From NCBI GenBank assembly GCA_028534125.1, contig CM052816.1, forward strand, positions 52,206,001 to 52,270,000: a stretch of DNA of 64,000 nucleotides. The letters run 5' to 3'. A model generated the notes under the pieces. The model had not been told where the DNA came from, did no database searches, and was given only the letters and a program-made list of their open reading frames with translations. Shown here in pieces: positions 55,171-64,000 of this stretch; within the stretch, counting starts at the first letter, position 1; each line of letters opens with the position of its first letter. The DNA comes from Lama glama (taxonomy: Eukaryota). The position numbers were made by a program, and so were the translations under genes.

Positions 55171-57168
55171 CAGACTCAACTGTAATTGGAAGAAAACCCC
55201 ACCTTCCCTAAGACTAGCTTCTCACTCCCATCCCACCCCTTAGGAGTCTGCTCTGGACAGAGACAGAATAAATCATTATTTCCTGACAAAGATTAGCGGT
55301 GTTTGCCTTAACTAAGAATTTGAGCTGGACTAGGATAAGCTGTAGCTTCAAAGTTTTAGCCGGGTGTGTTTGTGTATGCGCACATGTGTTAATATATGTG
55401 GCATTAGGGTAGATGTTTTCTGAAAGGCTCAGTAATGGGCTGTCTTTCTGAAGCTCCATAAGTCTCTGGCTCAGTCCAGAACTCCTAGTGCTCTGCCTAG
55501 TAATGTGCTCAGCTATCCCCACTGTGGACATGAGAAACTGCACTGGGAAACGTGTAACAGAGAAGCACTTAAGATGAGGGGGAGACGGGTGGGAAATGTA
55601 CTTAGAGGTTAGCTGAAAGGAAAGATGTCAATGAAGCAGAGACTAGAGCTAGACAAAAGCAACAGAGGTAAGTGATGGAGCGGGAGGATGACCCTGCAGG
55701 CTGCAGATCAGAGAGGGTAGGCTGGTCTTGGAAGGAGGCAGCAAGAAGGAAGGAGTCAGGAGGGTGGCTCCACTCACGTGGGAGGTGAAGTGAAAGGAAG
55801 TCACATGTGGAGCAACAACAGTTCCCATGCAGAGCTTAAATCCTCGTGAAGATGGAGAGACGGAGCAAGCCTTTCTGAGAGAGGGAGCATGTGTTTATGC
55901 AACGTGGGCTCCTGGACAGGCAGCAGTGTGAGATGGAGCTGGCGAGGGGCCGTAGATATGTAAAGAGCAACCCAACTACATACAACCCATGCAGCAAAGT
56001 GCATTGAGTATCTGTCAAGGTCATGCATAATTGGGGATGAAAGTGGACATCTCATATATTCAAGCTTTTCAGCAGAAAAGGGCCCAGGGAATGTCATCAT
56101 TTCTCCCTTAATAAATCCAGAATAATTCATAGAAAACACTAAAAGAAAATAGGAATTGATGGAGGTTTGGACAAGAAAGTACATTTGAAAAAAAATTTCA
56201 GTCTCCATAATATATTAAACAGAGAAGAAAAGGAGAAAAGCGTTGATAGAAAAATTGCAAAAGATAAGAACAGAAAGGTTGCAGAAAAAAAAATACAAAT
56301 GGCCCATACATATACAAAAAGCTGCTCACATTACTAAAAATAAGAAAAATGCCAATTAAAATTGTACTGTAAAACTGAAAAGCTTGACAGAATACTCTGG
56401 TACAACCCCTATGGAGGGAAATTTGGCAAAGTGAAGTACTCAGCACTACCTATGTAATCTTTTTTGCCAAAAAATTTAATCTGAATTGAATCAAGCCTCC
56501 AGACCCAAATTCTAATTTATTGGAAACACAGGGGATAAAGGAACAAGTCAAACGGCACCATCATAAAACCAGAGTGCTGAGCATCTTTTAGGAAAACTAG
56601 ACTGGACCCTAAAAAGATGTCAATGTCAAACTTTAGAAATTTAGAAATGACTCAAATGCTCATCAACAGAGGCATGGGTACATTTTGGTACAATTCTGTA
56701 TTAGAATGCTATACAGCAAGAATGAATGAACTTCAATTACACACAACAGAAGAGATAAATTTCACATATATACTGTTGAGTAAAAGAAACAGAAACAGAA
56801 GAATCAATACTCCACAGTTCAACTTACATTAAATTCATAAATAGGCAACACTAATCTATGGTGTTAGAAGTCAGGATCCTGGTTACACTTACGGAGATAG
56901 TGATGAGAAGAGATCAGAGCAGTTCAATTTGTGAAAATTCAGTCATAAACTTAGAATTTGTGTATGTTTCTTTTCTTTCTTTTAAAACTTTAAAAAAAAA
57001 CTATAGTGTAACACACAGTGAAGGGCATAAAGTGTAATACTATTAATACATACTGTTAGATGGATTTTAACATTTATATGTACCCGACAGCCACCATCCA
57101 GATCAAGATATAAAACATTTTCAGCATCCCAGAAAGTTCCATGATGCCCATTCCTAGTCTGTCTCTTT

Positions 57169-57170
<2 letters not shown>

Positions 57171-57222
<52 letters not shown>
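57171..57222. repeat. (CA)26 microsatellite
   Basis: Counted directly from the sequence. Confidence 0.95.
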
Positions 57223-57225
<3 letters not shown>

Positions 57226-57446
57226 TATTCTGATTCCTATCACACTGGATTATTTTTTCATGTGCTGAACTTCATCCAACTTCTGTGTCTGACCTTTTTT
57301 GCTCAGCATAACACTTGTAAGGTTCATCCCAATTGTTGGATGTGTCAATAGATTGTTTTAAATTATATGATAGTCCATTGTCTGAATATAGCACGTTATG
57401 TTTATTCTCCTGTTGGAGAATATTTGGGTTGTTTCTAGTGTTGAAC

Positions 57447-57630
57447 TTTTTTTTTTTTTTGAGTATAGGCAGATTTATTTAGAGAGATACACATTGCATA
57501 GAGTGTAAGGCAAGAGAAAGGCAAGGAAAGAGGTGTGGGAATTGGGTGCTCAAGTTAAAGTAAAAGTAGGTACACACTCCAAAGACAGAGTGCGGGTCGT
57601 CTACGAAGAGGGAGAGAGAGAGGGGCGGCC
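57447..57630 (-). mobile_element. Short polyadenylated retrocopy with TSD, LTR R-region-like
   Basis: 170-nt body, AATAAA 13 nt before a 14-nt poly(A), and TSD tctagtgttgaa at 57434-57445 and 57631-57642. No tRNA A/B boxes. Confidence 0.8.
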
Positions 57631-59362
57631 TCTAGTGTTGAATTTTGAATAACTCCTGTACAAATCTTTGGTGGACAAAGGCGCTCATTTCTCTTTGGTT
57701 GTAAATCTAAGAGTGGCCTTGCTGAGTCACCGGGTGGGCCTATGTTTAGCTTTAGTAGATACTGCCAAACAATTTTCCAAAGTGGTTGTACCAACCTTAC
57801 TCTTACCAGCAATATATGAAAGTTCTAATATTTTCATAACCTCTTCAACTCTTGGATTTGTCATCTTTTTAATTTTAGCTATTTTGATGAGTGTATAATG
57901 GTGTCTCATTGTGGTTTTAATTTGCATTTCTCTGATGACTAATGATGTCTAACACCTTTTCACATTTATTAGTCATTTGGATATCTTTTTTTTATAAAAT
58001 GCTGGTTAATGCTTTTGTCCATTTTTTTTTAAAGCTTGGTCTTGGTTTGGTTTTGTTTAGTGGTTTGTAGTGGTTCTGTATATTCTGAACCTCTGAGAAC
58101 ATTGTCAAATGTAAGCACTGAAGCTATCTTCTCAATCTGTGGCTTTCTTGTTGCTTTCTTAATAGTGCCTTCTGATGATAAGACAGTCTTTATTTTAATG
58201 AAGTCCAATTTATCAGTTTTTTTCTTTTAAGGTTAATGCCTTTTGTTTACTATTTTAGATATATTTGCCTGCGTAAGGTCAGGAAGACTTTTTCCTCTGT
58301 TTTCTTTTAGAAATTTTATTGTTTCGCTTTACACATCTAGGTCCGTGATCCATCTTAAATTAATTTTTGTATGTTGTGTGAGGTAGGGGCCAACTTTTAC
58401 TTTATTTTCCATATAAATATCCCATTTCTATATAAATTTCTGTGTAAATACTCCAAGGTCATCTATTAAAAAGGTAATACTTTCCCCCATGTGATTGTAG
58501 TGGTGCTTTTATAATATATCAAATGCAATATGTGTTTCCATGTATTTCTGGACTCTCTGTTTTATTCCATTCATCTATTTGTCTTTTTCTGAGTTAATAC
58601 CACACTATCCTGATTATTCTAGCTTTATAAAAAGTTTTGAAAGCTACAGTATATATCCTCCAAATGCGTTTCTTATTCAACATTGCCTTGCCTATTCTAG
58701 GGGCTTTGCAGTTCCAAATAAATTTTAGAGTCACTTTGTCAATTTCCACAAAAATACCTCCTGGGATTTTGGAATTTTTATGAATCTAAAGATTAATTTA
58801 TATAGAGTTAACATATTTCCATTTATTTAGGTCTTCTTTAATTTCTTTCATCAAGATTTTATGCTTCTCAATGTCAAGGAGAAGTCTCACACATCTTTTG
58901 TAAGGTTTGTTTGTGGGAATTTGGTGCTTTTTGATGGTATTATAATTGATATTTTTAATACTGATTTTCATTTTTTGTTGCTAGTATATAGAAATAATTT
59001 TTGCCTAATGACTTTATATCAGGACACCTTGCTGAATTTGTTTATTCTAATAGTTTATAGATTCTTTTTTTTTTTTGGTCTACAGTCATGTCATCTATAA
59101 CTAAAGACAATTTTCTTTCATCCTTTCCAATCTTTAGGCTGATTTTTTTTCTTGCTTATAATGCTGGCTACAACTTCCAATTATTTTTGTACTTTTCCAT
59201 ATATACAGTATAATTTAAAAAATTTTAATTTAGCGGCATAACTGAGCTAGACTACCAGACTAAAATGACATAATCATTGAATCTTGGTTTTAAAGTATTT
59301 ACAAAAGGTGTGTTTTTACAATGTGGCAAAATGTTAACAATTCTTGAATCTAAACAGGCAAC

Positions 59363-59938
59363 TGTGGTGCACAGGCTTGGAGTGGCTTCCATGATCCTCA
59401 CCTCTTGGAGTTGATGCTCTTATGTGATTGCCTGTCCTTGAATGTGAACAGGACCTGTGAATTGCTTCTAGATGATAAAATATGGCAAAGGTGCAGGATG
59501 TACCTGTTTATGTGCATGGGACTGTGTGATTAAGTTACTTAAGATTGCTGTTTCTGTCTTAGTGAAGTTCCTCTCTCCCATGCTAGCTTTAAGGAAGCAA
59601 GTGGCCATGTTGGGGGCCCATCTGGCAAGAGATTGTGATAGCCTCTAGGAGCTTAGGATGGTGTCCAGCTGACAGCCAGCAAGACAGTGAAGCCCTCAAA
59701 GGACTGAATCTTGCCAGCAAACTGAGTGAGCTTAGAAGCAGATCTTCCCCAGTTGAACCTCAGATGAGACCACCGCCACTGTCAACACCATGTGCAGCCT
59801 TGTGAGACTTTAAGAACAGGACCCAGCTAAGCTATGCCCAAGACTGTGACTCAAAAACTGTGAGGTAATAGATACGTGTTGTTTTAGACTGCTGTTTTTA
59901 AGGTGATATTTTTGTGCAGCAATAGAAAATGAAAACAA
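59363..59938 (+). mobile_element. MaLR LTR (MLT1E/F-like)
   Basis: tgtgg...aggacctgtgaattgcttct...aatatggcaaaggtg...gcagatcttccccagttgaacctcagatgagacc...gcagcaatagaaaa. Confidence 0.8.
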
Positions 59939-59940
59939 GG

Positions 59941-60320
59941 TGTGATGGTTAATTTTATCAACTTAACTGGGCCACAGGGTGCCCAGATATTTGGTTAAAC
60001 TTTATTCTGGATGTTTCTGTGAGGGTGTTTTTTGGGTGAGATTAACATTTAAATAGGTGGACCAAGTACAGCAGATTGCCCTCCCTAACTTGGGTGGGCC
60101 TCGTCCAATCAGTTGAAGGCCTGAATCAAACAAAAAAGGCCTTTTTTCCCCCAAGCAAGAGAAACTTCTTCCTGCCTGACTGCCTTCAAATTGGGGCATT
60201 AGCCTTTTGTTCCCCCTGCCTTCAGACTCAAAGTGAAACATCAATTCTTCCTGGGTCTCAAGGCTGCTGGCCTTTGAAGGAGAACTACACCATTAGCTCT
60301 CCTGGTTCTCAGGCCTTCAG
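59941..60320 (+). mobile_element. MLT2-like ERVL LTR (5' part)
   Basis: tgtgatggttaatttta...caacttaactgggccacagggtgcccagatatttggttaaac...attctggatgtttctgtgagggtg. Confidence 0.85.
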
Positions 60321-61178
60321 AATACCTAAGGATATACTGATATCAATGCAATATTCTTTCAACTTTTCTACATGTTTAAAAATATTCAAAATAAAAATTG
60401 GGGAAAATGTTCTGAAGTCAGGAAGGGTCAGGAGACAGTTCAAAGAAGACTCCTATGAAGATTCACTAGATTTTTTTTCCCTCCCTTATTCTCAGCCTCC
60501 TTCCTTTCCTTTTTTTCCCTCAGTGAATTTACTTTATATAATATGAGTTTTTTAAATACACAATAGACACTGTAGTTAAACACAAATAATAAATCTACCC
60601 TTTTTTTGTACAGATGTATGCTCAATAAACATTACCCTAAGAAGGCTTAGCCTTAACCTTTGTTCTGCAAATGTTTCAGCATTGTCTCTACTGCCACATT
60701 ACAAGATAAGTGTCAGTGTAAATGAAGGGTTTTCTGTAAAACTCAGCAGCTTCACAGATGGCCTCTAATACATACTCAAGAAAGAGAAGATTACATTTTT
60801 TCCAATAATTTCAAAAGCTCTTCTACTTTTGATAATGCTACTTTTGATGCTGCATGAGGTCATTTAAATAAACTCAGACACTGTCCTCCAGGAGTTATCA
60901 ACCAAACTGAGAAAATTCCATAAAAATCAAGATCTTTTACCTAGTCTTAATATCACCACTTTCCTCAGAAACCTCAATAATTATATATGGCCAAATTGCT
61001 GTTTTGCCCCACATTGCTTTCTCTGATGTGATCTGAATAATCATTCACAGAAAGTGAACAAGGTTAGCCAGGAGAAAATGATGGAGATGTGCCTCAAATT
61101 CATTTTCTTAAAAACATACCTTAAGGAAACCTATAACCATGAGACCATATTTTTATGGAGGTCTGTCACATCATAGAG

Positions 61179-61345
61179 CAGTGGTTCCTAGCTAGGCTGC
61201 ACATTAGAATCACCTGGGGAACTTTAAAAAATACTGGTGCCAGAGTTCCCATCCTCCCATCTCAGAGAGTCCAATTTTGATCTGGGGTGTGACCTGGGTA
61301 TTAGTTTTAAGTTTCTCTTATGCAATAAAGGTTTAGAATTATTGT
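61179..61345. mobile_element. MER5A-like hAT MITE
   Basis: cagtggttcc...ggctgcacattagaatcacctggggaactttaaaaaatactg. Confidence 0.75.
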
Positions 61346-61346
61346 A

Positions 61347-61429
61347 ATATAGTTCAGTGATAGAGTGCATACTTAGCATGTACAAAGTCCTAGGTTCAAT
61401 CCCCAGTACCTCCAGTTTAAAAAAAAAAA
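61347..61429 (+). mobile_element. Short head-only tRNA-derived SINE (vic-1-like)
   Basis: tagttcagtgatagagtgcatacttagcatg...ggttcaatccccagtacctcc followed directly by poly(A). Imperfect flanking repeats attattgta/attactgta. Confidence 0.75.
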
Positions 61430-61796
61430 GGATTACTGTAGTAGAAGCTCAATACACATTGAGTAAATGAACTCTTTATATATTCTTAAATTACATTCAG
61501 AAACTAATTTGAATCAACTGATACTCTTTTAATTTACGCCACTTGTGCTATAACGAAATGCACAAACTTACAGGAAAAAAGAAAGGATCTAAGATGAAGA
61601 AAGGATTCAAAATGCTGTCAGATTAGGAACAGCTATAGCAACAGCTGATGTTGATTCTGAAGAGAAAGACCTGGGAACATGAGAGCTGCCTTCACAAAAC
61701 TCAAGGGTACATTAGAGAGCAGAGATAGGGTCACAGATGACAGATAAAGCAAGTTAGATTTTGGCACAATATAAGACTTTCTTAAAAAGTAGTGCT

Positions 61797-61951
61797 GCAC
61801 TGGGAATTATATTCAGTATCTTGTAGCAGCTTACGGTGAAAAAGAATATGAAAATGAGTATCTGTATGTTCATGTATGACTGAAGCATTGTGCTGTACAC
61901 CAGAAATTGACACAGCATTGTAAAGTGACTATACTTCAACAACAACAACAA
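61797..61951 (+). mobile_element. Short L1 3' tail with (CAA)n-converted poly(A)
   Basis: Near-perfect TSD aaaaagtagtgct (61784-61796) and aaaaagcagtgct (61952-61964). Confidence 0.8.
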
Positions 61952-61967
61952 AAAAAGCAGTGCTATC

Positions 61968-62700
61968 TGTGGAACATTCTTTGACATAAATTGTAGCAAT
62001 TTTTTTTGGTTCTGTCTTCTAAAGCAAAGGAAATAAAAGCAAAAGTAAACAAATTGGATCAAATTAAACTTAAAAGCTTTTGCACAGAAAAGGAAACCAT
62101 CGACAAAACAAAAAGACAACCTACTAAATGCGAAAAAAATCTGCAAATGACATGATCAATAAGGGGTTAATATCCAAACTATATAAACAGCACATACAAC
62201 TCAATATCAAAAAATCAAACAACGTAATTAAAAAATGGGCAGAAGACCTGAATAGACATTTTTCCAAAAAAGACATACAGATGGCCAACAGCCACGTGAA
62301 AAGATGCTCAACATCATTAATAATCAGAGAAATGCAAATTAAAACCACAACGAGCTATCACCTCACACCTGTCAGAATGACTATTACCAAAAAGAACACA
62401 ACAAATGCTGGTAAGGATGTGGAGAAAAGAGAACCCCTGTAGACTGTTGGTAGGAATGTAAATTGGTGAAACCACTGTAAAAAACACTATGGAGGTTTCC
62501 AAAAAACTAACAATAGAACTATGACATGACCCAGGAATTCCCCTCCTGGGCATTCATCCAAAGAAAACAAAAAACTAATTCGAAAAGATACATGCACACC
62601 AATGTTCATAGCAGCACTACTGCAATAGCCAAGATATGTAAGCAACCTAAGTGTCCATCAACAGCATCAGCAGGTGAATGGATAAAGAAGATGTGGATGA
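61968..62700 (+). mobile_element. L1 ORF2 C-terminal fragment
   Basis: ORF 62128-62442 [40 protein letters not shown] is the L1 ORF2p C-terminal region, frameshifted. Confidence 0.92.
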
Positions 62701-63219
62701 AGAAGATATATATATTATATATATCGCTCTCTCTCATTAGATTAAAAATTGTGAGAATGTGACATGGAAAATATGAACTTAGAAATAACGAAAAGAAGAG
62801 AAGAAAATTTCAAAATGATCTTATTAACAGCTTTAGATTAAATAAGATAATACATCTGTGAAACAAGGGGATGATGCTATAGAAAAAGAACATTCAGATA
62901 CCAAAAAAGGGTTCTTGGAAATTAAAAAATATGATGACAGTTTTCACACACACACAAAATCAATGATCAGTGTGCCCTGGCTCTGCTCAACTGTCCTTAG
63001 AAGCATCCTCCACTCAACAGACTGCTTGATAAAACGCCTCCTATTACACTACTGAGCTGCCTGGGTTCTGCTGACAACTGTGTATGTGAAGTGCTTTTCT
63101 TGACAGTTTCAGTAAATCTCAGTTGTTAAAAACAAACTAATAAATACAAACTTTAAATATGATATTAGTAATGAAAAAAGCTCTTATGAAGTGGAATGAT
63201 AAATATGAGGAAATCCTGT

Positions 63220-63358
63220 GGGGGAGGGTATAGCTCGGTGGTAAAGCGTATGCTTAGCATACGTAAGGTGCTGGGTTCAATCCCCAGTACTTCTTCTAAA
63301 AATAAATAAGTAAGTAAACCTAATTATCTCTCCTCAAAAATTATAAAAATAATAAAAA
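63220..63358 (+). mobile_element. tRNA-derived SINE (vic-1-like)
   Basis: ggggagggtatagctcggtggtaaag...gggttcaatccccagtac...aaacctaatta. Flanking repeats gaggaaatcct and gaggaagtcct. Confidence 0.85.
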
Positions 63359-63609
63359 GAGGAAGTCCTACAAAAAGGAGGATAAAAAGACAAAGAGATG
63401 AATATAGGAGAGAAGTTACATATATATGATTAATCCAAGATTCACATGCTAAAAATCGAAGACCCAGACAAATAGAATAGAGAAAATGGAAGCAAATAAA
63501 TTATCAAGGGAAAAATAAAATTCCTAGACTTAATGGACAGGAATGTTCATAGTAAAAGGTCTTATCACTGAAAGCACAGCAAAAATCAATTTTAATTTAG
63601 GATTAATAT

Positions 63610-63803
63610 ATACATAGTACTATATATAAAATAGATAAACAAGGACCTACTACAAAGTACAGGGAACTATATTAAATATCTTGTAATAACATATAATGGA
63701 AAAGAATCTGAAAAATAATATATATATGTATTATTGAATAACTTTGCTGTACACCCAAAGCTAATACCACATTGCAAATCAATTATACTTCAATTTAAAA
63801 AAA
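63610..63803 (+). mobile_element. L1 3' end
   Basis: aaacaaggacctact...acagggaactatattaaatatcttgtaataac...tgctgtacacc...A tail. Same family as 1-416. Confidence 0.8.
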
Positions 63804-64000
63804 TTTTTTGATAATAAATTCTTATCATCATAGAGCTTGGAACAAAATAAAAATCAAAGCAGTGTAGCAGTGAAGAAGGGTCTTGACCAGACTGAAATGC
63901 AAATCTCTGCTTTCATAATACACATTTCTCTTCAACAAAGCTAAAAAAATTTAAAGCATTTTAAAGCCTGATATTTTGAGGAATTCTATAGTGACCTCTC

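Larger units (their letters stand above)
56990..59180 (-). mobile_element. Degraded old L1M (ORF2 C-terminus plus 3' UTR)
   Basis: Minus ORF 57727-57927 (MQIKTTMRHHYT.I.IAKIKK...TTLEN.LAV) and the typical gtggttttaatttgcatttctctgatgactaatgatgt. Confidence 0.88.

Noticed and set aside
55000..64000. Equivalent of the hamster DHFR ori-beta replication initiation zone
   Set aside because: Positional analogy only. No diagnostic sequence is visible and an unsized gap intervenes.

Overview
Mammalian genomic DNA, most likely a camelid given seven copies of a vic-1-like tRNA-derived SINE. The window covers the head-to-head MSH3/DHFR locus. DHFR is complete on the + strand: 6 coding exons (23300-41042), 564 nt, 187 aa, intact frame and GT-AG junctions. 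MSH3 exons 1-8 lie on the - strand (23046 down to 3321) and the gene continues off the left edge. MSH3 carries a U12-type AT-AC intron 6 and a coding A8 run in exon 7. The two ATGs are 253 bp apart inside a CpG island with GC boxes, a CCAAT box and an E2F element. The rest is intronic or intergenic DNA dominated by L1, L2, MIR, MaLR/ERV LTRs, hAT/Tigger DNA transposon relics and microsatellites, plus a 500-N assembly gap. I found no support for a wholly new gene system. The most unusual items are a ~170-nt polyadenylated, TSD-flanked insert that looks like a retrocopy of an LTR R region (57434-57642) and a small hairpin-plus-tandem insertion apparently templated from 2.3 kb away (18675-18750). 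Repeat family names and human comparisons are from memory, not from database searches.
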